Shown in pieces: positions 53,101 through 64,000 of a stretch of DNA of 64,000 nucleotides. How positions within the stretch are numbered: the first letter of the stretch is position 1; each line of letters starts with the position of its first letter. The DNA comes from Phoronis australis (taxonomy: Eukaryota; Animalia; Phoronida), in assembly GCA_002633005.1 (NCBI GenBank), contig NMRA01000448.1, forward strand, positions 62,001-126,000, written 5' to 3'. The translations under genes and the position numbers were made by a program. The notes under the pieces were generated by a model. It had not been told where the DNA came from and searched no databases. It saw only the letters and a list, made by a program, of their open reading frames with translations.

Positions 53101-53460
53101 AAGGTAAAAACAGTGACACAGGGATATTCACATGGACTAAATTCATATTAGAAAATATAGTTCCAAGAAGTTCTATTCATAACAGAGAAAAGAAACTTTC
53201 CCACACGCGTGAAATCTTCTTTTTTGATTATTAAGTCAAACGTTTAGCGACTGAAAATCGTGATAAAGCAAATTTCGTAATTATTAAATTGATGTCTCTT
53301 TTTGTAGTATACACGCCCTTGACTGGTTAACATAGTTTTATGACACTATCATAAGTTATTCCAACGAGTACGAGAAGGCTTGCTACAAACCAGGTCCTTA
53401 AGAAAATTGAAAACACAAGAAATAGTAAATTACTGATTTTAGAAACAGTCGTGCGGTAAC

Positions 53461-53633
53461 GAAATTCAATATCCCGCAAAACGACGGTGGACAGGCGACG
53501 GCGGTGGACAGGCGACGGCGGTGGACAGGCGACGGCGATGGACAGGCGTTCAGCGCCACCTACAGATCCCATGTAATGCGGACGGGAAGTTTCAAAACCT
53601 ACTAATATACAAACGGCGTTTTAACACACTTTC
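53461..53633 (+). repeat. Dispersed repeat copy with an internal 17-bp minisatellite (GGTGGACAGGCGACGGC x3.7, 53486-53548)
   Basis: Direct reading of the sequence. Confidence 0.85.
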
Positions 53634-56455
53634 TGTATAATAACTTAGACGTCCACTACTGTGCGGTGGGGTGTACTAATGACTCACCCGTTAAGATTCA
53701 CTGCCCGACGCTAATCAAGACTTCGAATGTGATCGTCGAGAGAGACACTTGTCGATACAATCTGAACCCAGAGGACTGCTCATGGAAATTACATATGACT
53801 TTGCGCGGTGTAGGAATTCAAGAGGTGATCAGGACGTGGCGCTCAGAAGGGTCGTTTTTTACAACCAGTTTGCCTACGAAAGGGTGCCTTTTCCAACAAA
53901 ATTCCCCACAAAAAGATTCATTTCGGGACTCCACTAAAGGTTCCTTTCGTCAATGAATCTACAGATGCCATCTATAGGGTATTTTTAACTTTTTATGCGA
54001 AAGATGTACTTATTTTTGACAAAATGACATGTGTTCGTGTACTATTTCGTGTAAAAGTTCAGCTGTGCAAGAATACCTAGGTGAGGAAACCAGTAAGGTT
54101 TCTGGAGTGAAACCCTGGAACAGGGCGCTACATTCTTATGTTCAGTGGAAGAGTGGTCTACTTCCTCAGAGAGCAATGCCGAGTTTCACTAAAAGACTGA
54201 TCCAGAATGTTAACTACGCTTGTAGGTATTTACTTCTTTTTAAAAGCCTGCCTCCCGTTCAGTAACACTAAGACCTCGCTAAAAAGCAAGACTTCGCGAG
54301 ATTACGTGAGATATTGCCGTGTATTTCAAATAAGAACACGTGAATTTGACTAGGTTTTAGCTAGGTCCTGGCGTAGGTCCTAGCGTCTACTGAACGCACG
54401 CCTGGTCAAGTGTGTATGTTGGCCAGGCTATTATAAGTAGTGTTTCCAAACAAAAAAAGCAATGTCTTGTAATATGGATTATGATAAGTCCATTTTGGCT
54501 TCGGATAAATGTGTTTCATTTCTTCTGCTTCCAATAATATTTTTAGCGGATACGCGTAACATCGTCGATTTTTACAAGTTGTTCGTGAGTTCTAAGTGAG
54601 CCGACTCCTGGTCGAGCCGGTCTCGCCACCTGGTGAACGTGTATATAAGCGAAAAAGATGCAATAAATATCTCTAACATAATTAGCTATTCTGTCGCACA
54701 CTGGCAGCAACGAGAAATATGTGATGTGCAAAAATAGAGCAACATTGACTGAAAGTGGTAATCATAGCCATGTGTCTGGTAATACGTAAACATATTCCCA
54801 ACGTCTGTATTAATGTATTAACGTTGTGTTGGTAATAGCTGTTCAAATAAATATTCAATGTTGCGCGTCTTTACACATCTCTGATGCGTCTCCCGACTCT
54901 TAAAGTCCGCGACCCGCGCATTTTGACATTCTTTTTATTAAAAACATGAATTTAACCTAATGCGTCTGCAACCTTACAAGTTACATCAAGTGTTCTGCCT
55001 TTCGTCAGAAAACTAATAAAAGCATTTGTAACGTGAAGCCAGTGACGTCACCACCGCAACAAAACCCAAGGTTATAACTCAAGTTTATTACGCTTATCGC
55101 GTCATTAACACTCTACGCACAATGCCTCTTGTCTATAGTAACGGTACCAGCAGGTGGTAGATAAGTTTATGGAAGATCAAGATTGTAGGTTTCGTTTTAT
55201 AAAAGGTTTGCTTTTCAATTCACTGTTTTTTTCAGATATACTTTTAAACGCCGCGTACAATAAAGAATGAGGTTGAACCCGTGCCAAATAAGCCAATTTT
55301 TGGTATTTAACTGACAGTTCAATCAAATTATCAAATATTTGTTATTCACCTACAAAGTTTTCAACGATCTCATTGGCTAATATAACGTCACAAACTTGTC
55401 GGAATAAGTAACCGACAAAAATGGGCTCGCAAAATTTTCAGATTTTCTCTATTTGACAAAATTTCATGGGTCATAACTTCCGAATTAGATTTTATAGCCC
55501 AACTTTACAGGTTGCCTATTTTTTCTTGAGGAATAAAATTTGACGTATTGTCAGCTAATCACAATGGAGAACTATATTTGAAGCTCGTTTGGGTGCGATT
55601 CAAACTTATGAAGTTGCCAAAGTTGGTGCTGGGAAGACGGCAAAAGATCTTTGCAAATAAATGGATATTGGAAATAAAAGCTATCGTAAACGTCACTCAA
55701 TTACATGACCGTTTTTATTGAATTTTCATGAGCATCAGTAAATATAATACACCGCGTGGCCGCACATTTCTTCTTAAAAATCAAAGCAAACAAGGAAAAG
55801 ACGATTCTCTAAAAATCGTCAGTTAAATAATTCGAATTCAGTAACGTCGTGCGCTTTATCCAGCAGTATATACACTCACTCGTTTCTAACCATTTCTACA
55901 TGTAAATCAAATCAACTAAAACTATTTTACTAACTAATCAATGTTAATGCTTTCTTCCGCTCTTTCTGCTAAAGAGATTCCAACGACGAGGCAAGAGAGC
56001 TTTTATCAACCGTTGTTATTTGCAGAAGCTTTCGGTATATCTGTTAAGTTTAATAAGTTGTTTGACCTTCTGTTTTATTATATCAACAATACGTTATGTA
56101 ATTTATGTTTTTCTCATAAAAATGGTTACGCCTTGAAACTAGGCAAAACTGAGAGATTTGTCTCTGATATATACAACAGTAATGTGTTTCTAGATAAATG
56201 CATTTGTGGTAAAAATGAATTTCTTTACCATGTAACAAGGCCAGATATCACTCTGATATGCATACGTCATATGCATGTCATTCATTTACTGAACCAGAAC
56301 TGGGTTCCGCATACACAAGACATTAGCTTGCACTCGCTTGCAGCACATCTTCGCTTATGGAACGGAATCGGTGAATTTAATCCCACAATTCAACACTTAA
56401 ATCTCACCGACCAATCACTTCAGTGGCCACAATTTTGATGGCACTTGTAACCAAT

Positions 56456-56980
56456 GCCGCTTTCACATTAGGGGAACTTCGGTTTACTGAAGCTTCGGCA
56501 AAGAAACTTCGCTTACCCTTCCCACTAGACAGCGATATCAAAGTTATCGCTAGATGACGATTCAGTCAGGGCTTAATTCATTTGTACCTTCAAATGAATA
56601 CTGAGTAGTGGGTTCGAAGCTAATTGAAAATTGTTCTCCTGCCATTTACGAGTGTTTATGAAAATGACCAGTGTCATTCTTCATCAGATGTGCTTTCTTT
56701 TACTTATTTATGTGCCTCTATTGATGGTATAACAAAGACGTTTTGCTAGTCTCGCTTGATCGGATATCGTTGCCGCGACCTCTACCGAAAATTTCGATGA
56801 AGCTTCGCTCTAATCTATCACACTACACCGAAGTTTCGGTGAGTACCGAAGCTTAGTTTAAGTTTTTGAATCCTAGAATTTTAAGCGAAGTTTCGCTTGC
56901 AGTTTAATTAAGGGATTTAACCTTTCCCACTTAACAAAACTTCAGTAACATGGAAGTTTCGCCTCTAATGGGAGAGCGCC
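56456..56980. mobile_element. PIF/Harbinger-type non-autonomous element
   Basis: TIR gccgctttcacattagggg / cctctaatgggagagcgcc followed by TTA. Many subterminal gaa(a/g)cttcg and cgaagtttc motifs. Confidence 0.7.
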
Positions 56981-57523
56981 TTATGTTCCCAAGCATAATT
57001 GCGAAACATTCATTTTCAATCGCGAGGTCTCACGAGGTCTCGCGAGATCTTGCTTTTCTCTCAGTAAACTAGGTCTACGGAATGCTCTTCAGGATTTATC
57101 AGTAATTCCTATTTTTAACTAATATCATGTTGATAGATTGCTTTGTAGCAGTCCTAACACGTCCACGGACTGCTTTCCTGTAAATCACCCACCTCAGACA
57201 TTGCTTGTCTGTGATGTCTTGCAAAGTCAACGATTCTAAACATTTTTTGATGTTTATTTTCTCTTCCATTACCATCATTTCATATACAGATTAAGTATTA
57301 TACATGTAACCTTGAGATTTTTGTAATGAAAGAAGACCAAAATGACTACAGATCTCATTGTTGCAGTTTTCTAATCGAATTAGAAATCTCAGTTTAGGAA
57401 TCATTCTATAGCCGCGAGTTAATGGCGAGGTCACTCATTGCAGACCAAAGTTAGGGACTGGTGACAACGGTACCACCTGGACTTTCACATCAGTATTTAC
57501 CTGAAATTAATTAATATTCTCAC

Positions 57524-57641
57524 CTGAGGCTTCCGTTTGTAGAAAATCAATTTCCCGGTCGAATCGTGCCGCATTAAGATGGGTGTATGATTTGAGAACC
57601 ACTCGAAAAGATCGCTTTACTGAAACAATCCCAGAGCTCAT
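57524..57641 (-). CDS. Candidate alternative first exon MSSGIVSVKRSFRVVLKSYTHLNAARFDREIDFLQTEAS-G
   Basis: caacATG context with an in-frame upstream stop; donor TCAG|gtgaga in phase 1. Confidence 0.45.
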
Positions 57642-60600
57642 GTTGAAGTCCTTTGATAAGTCAAAACCTTCGCCAGAAGTCTACTCCTTGCACGGACTGG
57701 CATTGCAATCGAAGAGAAACCACGAAATCGATGTTTACACGACGTTGTAACGAGTCATTATCAAGGTATTAGCCACTTGGCGATAGCAATCTAGTCGACC
57801 GTTTGAACTCCGTATGTGCTGAAGTTATGTCGAGCTACTGTTAATCACAACGAGCTCTTAAGAGGATCTCGTCTCATTTCGCTATCCAGTTTTACGTAAT
57901 TTACGACTTCATGAAATTTGCACTGCGATCAGAACCCGTGCCTTAGCTTCATAACTCGAGGATTATTTAAATGATTTTCTCTTCGACACCGGATTACATA
58001 ACTTGACGTTAGTTGGTTGCGGGTTGAGTCAACTCTGGATTACCTAACAGTTTAATGTCTCTTTTTGGGATAATTACATGATATTTTTGCAAAGCGGACA
58101 CAATGACTTTCTTTAACTTAACACATTAACAAAAAATAAATAATTTGGTGTTTGAATTTTCCCTGTTACTCGTCTTATCTTGTTTTTAATAAAACTAGTA
58201 CTCTTGGTATTTTTTAAAAAGATTTTAAAAATAAATCTGTTTAAAAGATACATTTTCCAATTCCTCTTAAACATACTTTTTCCGCTTCATGTTAGTTAAA
58301 AGCTTCATCAAACGGTTATCAACGCAAGTTCGTTCAGTCGAATCGTAAGCCCAAATAATTGCGAATTCAGCACAACTCCAAATACTTTCAAACTTAACTG
58401 ACTTTAATACAATTTTTAGCTTAATTCTTATTTTTGGTGGTGCACCACCACTTAAAATGGTTACCGTAGTGAGCGATAGCTGACTCGTGCACCATGGATA
58501 CTAACTCAACTGCCGGCACATTTTACGAGCTTTCCATGGAAACCTCTCCCACTTTTTAAAGAAAATTAATAGTAAAATAAGGCAAAAAACAAACAGGGCT
58601 GAAAGTTACGAAATATTTACATTTTCGTGATGTCTTTCGACAAACGAAACACATCCTGTGTTCTGAATTGATGAATGTAAAGGAAATAGTATGTTCGGAA
58701 TGATTTTTCAGTGACTGTATCGCTCACATCCAGCTTCCGACTCCAATCAGGTGAGTTTGCGATAGAATAATGGTCAGGGTGGGCGTTAAGGATCACCCGA
58801 ACGCTACAACTGATTCGATGGAAAATTGCCTATCACGTAAGCATCGGGACTGGACCAGCGGAGCATCGCCCCATATATAATCAAGGCATAAGAAAAAGTC
58901 AAAGCAGACACATAAAGTGTATACAGTGCTGTGATTGCGCTTAACATTAACCTGGCTGAAAGTGCTTTGCCCTGTATATCATAATTAGTGCAGCATACAA
59001 AATTTTGTCATGAGTCGACATAGAAATGATTTTGCAAGGCAGCAAATCAGTGGATGAAATTTTAGGCAGGTAGCATCATTACGCCTAACCGTCTAATATA
59101 CGGAACGGGGAATTCTTTCCTACAAAGGAGCAAACATTAAAAGCTAAAATTTAATTAAACCACCCGGAAAAAAGAACGGGATAAACAGAAACATTTGATT
59201 ATTAATGAGCCTTTGAATGCAGTCGAACCATCAATCTTTTATTAACGACAGGGTGCCAACGGTATCTTAAGATTTTTAACGGCAGCTTAGAATCGGACAA
59301 CATAGAATCACGTGTTATCAGACTTACTCTTAATGAAAAAGGTCATAAAAACAACACAACGGATCACGACTTCTAAGATACCGTCAACATCGTAATCAGG
59401 TTGCGGATACGGGGCAATAACAAATTAAGGCGATTTGGTATAAAGGCAAAAATGGACATTAAATTTCTAAGCAATTGCAGTCATGTGTAGCGAAGTCCCA
59501 GTATGTACATATTTGTTTGGTGTGCCCAGATGATTAAATTGAAAAAAGTAATTGCATCGAAAGGATGAAGGTTTGAAGAACTTGAAGACCACTATTTGAG
59601 GATTACACAAATGGTAATAATAAAGAATCCCAATAGCATTAATCTTTTGAAGATCGTTATAAGAGAGCGTTGTTGTTAAAGAGAAAGTTGCTCGTAGTAG
59701 ACTCGCACACGTTTATCAGACAGTGGTGTATGTCTTTATTACTGCAGTGTGCTGATTAATGTGTTCAACGTACATGATCTGGCCAGCCTTCCACGGGAAT
59801 GAACTAGAGTTCAAGGTAACACGAATTAGATGTTAAAGATGCTATGTCTCATTAAAACCGTGAATATATAAATTTGTAGCAAGTGCCAACTAATGACTAA
59901 TCCTGTATCTCTGTGTTTACAAGTATAATCAGGAAAAGAAACAATTTGTAAATAAATTGCGATTCAAAGAAAAGCTTAACTGGTACCCTTAGTAATTTTA
60001 AATATTACGCAATCGTTATTTGATAGTAAATAAACAAATAATAAAAACTGTACCTTGTTTCGTTAGGGTAACGAATGAAATATTACCATACTCATTTACA
60101 TAAAAATAGTCTCGCAAAACGAGACTTTCGCGAGATTGTAATGATTACTGGTTTTCGGATGGTTTCCGCCACACTGGAGGACAATGGGTTGTTTATAAAT
60201 TAGTACTTCATTTGCATATTCACGATTTAATGAGACTGTACATCTTTAAAATTTCTTAGGGATAACCCTCAAACCCCCCGTCTAGTGCGCGCTTCCGGTT
60301 TCCTCAAGTATCTGCGCACATGCTTTTGGGAATAGCTTACAAATTACATACAAAGAATTACGGGTTTCAAGGCGTCTTTGGAACTTTTCAGTTAACCTTA
60401 AAAGGTTATGTATACCCTTATCGTCTGTCTGCTCGTCAAAAGCACTCACATGTCACGTTCAAAGAAAGTTGTTTGAGAAGATGTTTCGTTTAGTTTTGTT
60501 TTGCTTTATGATACGTTTGGTGAAGCTTTATCAATTGTAACAAAAAGAGTCTCTTAAAATATCATTAGTCGAGCAATTAGGAGGAGATTTCTCAGTTAAG

Positions 60601-60763
60601 AAAAACAACTGGTCCTGAAATTCGTAGACGCAATCTTGACCTGGGGTCGGTTCCAAAGACACGCAGGATTCTCGCAAGCTTTTTCGGTCAGAAAACCCTC
60701 TCTTATGGAATGGAAACTGTAAATTGTATCCAATAATTCAACACTGCAACATCACCTAGCAAT

Positions 60764-60827
60764 GCGGGCGTGCGTACGTGCGTGTATGTGTGTGTGCGTG
60801 TGCGCGTGCACGTGTGTGTGTATGTGT
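60764..60827. repeat. (GT)/(GCGT) microsatellite
   Basis: Direct reading. Confidence 0.85.
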
Positions 60828-60899
60828 AGTGAGAATATCATTACGTCTTTTGTCACGCTCATGGTGACGCTGCTCCCTCCAATTGCCAGCAAGACTGTG

Positions 60900-61350
60900 T
60901 TATATGAAGTGAATATCCACTGATTATCTCAGTGATGAACGTATTATAGAGGAAATTATGCAAGAGAATGTCAAAGTTATAAAATCGGGCGATAAACTTA
61001 AGGTCATTATCTACTGGCGGAACACAAAGTCGTGCAATCTAGTGATGAAAAACAGCCTAATCCCTGGGAAATTCCTACTTGTAGTTAAATGCGACGCTGT
61101 TTGGGAATTGAACTGTCCTCCGCTTGCCTGTAATCGTCTAATACTCATGCGAGCGTTATACTAGCCAGGCTGTGGTTATCTTCCTCTGGCAAAACATATA
61201 TGCACGACGACACCGACCCGGAATCCGTACAAGACCTTTTCCTACACTGACACGGTCGGAAAAGGAGATCCTTGATAATACTGATTTATTGGGTATATTG
61301 AGAATGGCACTAATAGGTTAATAATATTGGAGTATTCGCTTATAACTTGT
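60900..61350 (+). pseudogene. Decayed Penelope-like element fragment (RT C-terminal linker plus GIY-YIG endonuclease region)
   Basis: Translates, with stops and frameshifts, as ISTDYLSDERIIEEIMQENVKVIKSGDKLKVIIYWRNTKSCNLVMKNS..AVWELNCP..C..LTRSEKEILDNTDLL..NRLIILEYSLI. This follows the PLE pattern YKxDER..KLxIYYKNxKTxNLVMKN..VYEFxCP..LTR..NTxIL..RLxILEAL as I recall it. Confidence 0.75.
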
Positions 61351-62055
61351 GAAGTCTTGTGTTGAGCGAGCTGCTCACGAGGGTGCGCCACACGCTTACG
61401 CTGGATCTGTTTCCATTGTGTTTCTCATTGTGTCCGTATTCCAAGTATAATTGTTAATTAGCACGCTGAGGGGGTTGTTATTTTTTGTGACCAGTTGTAA
61501 TTGTTAGTCTAGTCTCATCATATTTCTGCCTGAAAATGAGACATGAACAATCGTGAAATATAACCTTCTTTTATTTATCACTGCAATGTCTCTCCATTCT
61601 TGCCGACGAATATGACGTAAGTTCAAGAGAGCATTCATAAAGCAATAAATAGTCAGCACAGTGCCTAGGCCTACAGAAGGAGCTGGTGACAAACTAATGC
61701 GTTTTTGCGTTCATGCAACTCTCGTGTGTCACAATTTTCAATGCAATGCAAACACAGATTCTGAAACCTAATCCCAGAAACCTGAAGCATGTTGACTTGC
61801 TTGAGGGAAAGTTGGCCGATATTTCAGGGCCATTCTTATAAGGTCGGGTACAACCTCCTTAAAGCATTGCTGATCTAATATTGCAAAACCCTTCTAGCCG
61901 TTATATGTAAAAACTCTTCACATTTACACCTGGTTGTGATGCAGGTGACTTGCCTTGTTTATGTCAATTAAGTTTTCAAAATCAATGATATCTGCTATTC
62001 TACTTATTAAAATCTCTTGGTCTATTTACACCGACCTCTTGTCTATTTACACTGT

Positions 62056-62097
62056 CACGACGTTTCGGTCGGTTTATTCTCCGGCCACCGTCAAGTG
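62056..62097 (-). ncRNA. Second hammerhead copy with a mutated core
   Basis: cac-TTGACGG-t-ggccgg(agaataaa)ccgacc-GAAACGTC-gtg: stem I intact, two invariant core bases changed. Confidence 0.6.
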
Positions 62098-62155
62098 TTC
62101 CCGCGTTCTTAGAAGAACGAGCACGGATATGTGGTACACTCATGGTGTGATTTTT

Positions 62156-62238
62156 TGTCCGAGGCAGGACTTGAACCCACGACTTCTGAAACTACAGATA
62201 ATTCGAGTCCAGCGCCTTAATCACTACACCACGGTGTC
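62156..62238 (-). pseudogene. tRNA-Ser(CGA)-like SINE head (Pol III A and B boxes), not a functional tRNA
   Basis: GACACCGTGGTGTAGTGATTAAGGCGCTGGACTCGAA..GTGGGTTCAAGTCCTGCC has an A box, a CTCGAAT anticodon loop and a B box. The acceptor and anticodon stems do not pair properly. Confidence 0.75.
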
Positions 62239-62362
62239 ATCCATTTTTTTCCACTCGAATTACCTGTAGTTTTAGAAGTCGTGGGTTCAAATCCTGCCTA
62301 GGAAAAAAATCACACCATGAGTGTACCACATATCCGTGCAAGTTCTTCTAAGAACGCGGGAA

Positions 62363-62404
62363 CACCTGACGATGGCCGGAGAATAGACCGATCGAAACGT
62401 CTTG
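62363..62404 (+). ncRNA. Minimal type-I hammerhead ribozyme motif of the PLE-associated kind
   Basis: cac-CTGACGA-t-ggccgg(agaataga)ccgatc-GAAA-CG-TC: intact catalytic core with a palindromic ACGT in place of stem III. Stem I has a mismatch in this copy. Confidence 0.7.
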
Positions 62405-63070
62405 ACAATGTAAACAGAAAAGAGGTCGGTGTAAAAAGACCAAGATATTTTAATAAAAGGTGTAACACGCCACCACCTCAAAGCGGTTTTTAGAAAGTCA
62501 TTATGCTATTCTACTACTTCAGCTGCTTATTTGGTGAAGTTTGTACTTCGAGTGATACTAATGTGAAATCGTGACGTCTCCACAGGTAAAGGAGAATTTT
62601 TCGAACTTGAAATAATAATAACAATGGCAATGACAATGACAATGATTTTACGCTGAAATGTATCATGGTTTACGTTGACTATAAGTGTCTAATCCGTTGT
62701 TGCAGATTCAGAGAACACAATTGAGTTCAAACTCAAAATTTCGAATTCGAGTTTAAAAGAGATGATTTCTGAAATATCACACGACAGATTTTAAAGTGCT
62801 CCATGAAGCCGTCTTCCATTAACTTCTGATTTGATCCTACTAATGAAATCGGTCTCAAAATGACCGGCCTCATTAAAAATGGCAATATCTCGCGAAGACT
62901 TGCGTGGTCTTGCGTCTTCGCGAAATTCTTCAGTCTACCGAATGCAGCCCTGATTCCGGGCTCATAAAATGTTTTTCGACCATTAAACTGATCATACCCC
63001 TTTATACAGTCTCGATGCATTCCATATCTTGCTTGTAGATTGCAGTCCGAATTTTTCGTGCAATTTCACG

Positions 63071-63120
63071 ATGACTCTAAATCCCATGACTCTAAATCGC
63101 ATGACTCTAAATCGCATGAC
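63071..63120. repeat. 15-bp tandem repeat ATGACTCTAAATCGC x3.3
   Basis: Direct reading. Confidence 0.9.
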
Positions 63121-63721
63121 AAGACGTCGGCTTTTGGCATGCAACTCACTTGAAATAGCCATGAAAGTTTCCCCCATGCCAAATGACGTCGTATGGATGT
63201 CGCAAGCTATTGTTTAACTTGCCAGATCCATGCGACGGCCTAAGGGCGTCGCATGGTTATAGCCTATGGGGTACTACCATTGTTTTCATTTGTTTCGTTT
63301 TGTTGGCTCTCGGATGCAGGTCGCGCGGATATCGTATCTTGGGCACACATCAGCCGGTTACTGATAAATGTTAACCATAATCTTTATCATAAGAAAGAAA
63401 AACAAAGTGAACAATGGATACGCCTATCTATCGGTCTCTATGCGACGAGGATGCGACCGAGTTTCACACAGTGTATCTTAACATGTATAGCTGTTATTGC
63501 TTCATTTCCTGAGACCATATTAACACCAAGCCGTCGACTGGTACGTAGAAGTCATAAAATTTTAGTGAACGTGTTGATTGCGTTTTATTTTAGTTTCCTT
63601 GGGATGTAAAAGTTGTTCATCCGTAATAATTCACGGGTCAAGAGAAGTCCCAACCCTCTCACTGATATGTTAACTGGCTAATCAGTATGTAAATGATAAC
63701 GATAATATCAATTCAACTTAC

Positions 63722-64000
63722 CTTCTACAACTGATTTTCGTGATTTCTCGCTGTCCGATTCACTGGCGCTTTTGAACGTAACATGCGCCTCCTTTTGACG
63801 GCTAAGCAAATGAGTCTTTTTATGTGGCTCTGATGGCACCGCAAGACTCGGAGCAAGATTGTTCCGAATTTCTTCTATTTCCTCGTAAGTGGAATCGGGC
63901 AGTATTTGTTGCGGAGAGTACTTCTCTCTACTACCTGTTGATGTATTGCTTGTGGCCTCGAAGCGTTCATACTCACGCATCAGTTTTGAGAAACTTTTCT
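63722..64000 (-). CDS. 3' part of a coding exon (..KSFSKLMREYERF..KSVVE-G) extending beyond the window; probably the same gene
   Basis: Frame is open to the window edge, composition is Ser/Glu/Lys-rich, and there is a consensus donor GAAG|gtaagt at 63722 (phase 1). Confidence 0.75.

Larger units (their letters stand above)
62004..62503. mobile_element. tRNA-headed, hammerhead-containing non-autonomous retroelement inserted as an inverted (head-to-head) pair with a 3' tail; Penelope-like insertion structure
   Basis: Arms 62004-62208 and 62253-62456 are reverse complements (about 17 differences in 205 nt). Unpaired tail at 62457-62503. Direct repeat TGCTATTCTACT at 61993-62004 and 62504-62515. 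Confidence 0.85.

Noticed and set aside
55941-56438. 165-aa plus-strand ORF
   Set aside because: No recognisable domain, composition typical of random AT-rich sequence, and antisense to the host gene.
62156-62238. Functional tRNA-Ser gene
   Set aside because: Acceptor and anticodon stems are broken, there is no T-run terminator after the head, and it is embedded in a TSD-flanked repeat.
61955-62481. Pair of similar ORFs on opposite strands
   Set aside because: They simply reflect the inverted repeat and are antisense to the SINE units.

Overview
AT-rich eukaryotic DNA, most likely from a marine invertebrate animal (inferred from its repeat landscape). There are no prokaryotic operons, rRNA or CRISPR. 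Almost the whole window appears to be intronic sequence of one large minus-strand gene that I cannot name. That gene has a 1.9 kb Ser-rich exon (17164-19065), another disordered exon running off the right edge (63722-64000), several candidate alternative first exons that all end in phase 1, a 50-nt shared exon (10654-10703) and two candidate last exons. The introns hold many non-autonomous DNA transposons (Kolobok-, hAT-, Harbinger-, pogo-, Academ- and CMC-like), five clear and one weak decayed THAP-domain remnants, microsatellites and a Penelope-like (PLE) RT/GIY-YIG relic. The most striking structure is at 61993-62515: a tRNA(Ser)-derived Pol III head fused to a PLE-type minimal hammerhead ribozyme, present as a head-to-head inverted pair with a 3' tail and flanked by a perfect 12-bp target-site duplication. 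It looks like a SINE-like element mobilised by Penelope machinery. All alignments and translations were done by eye.
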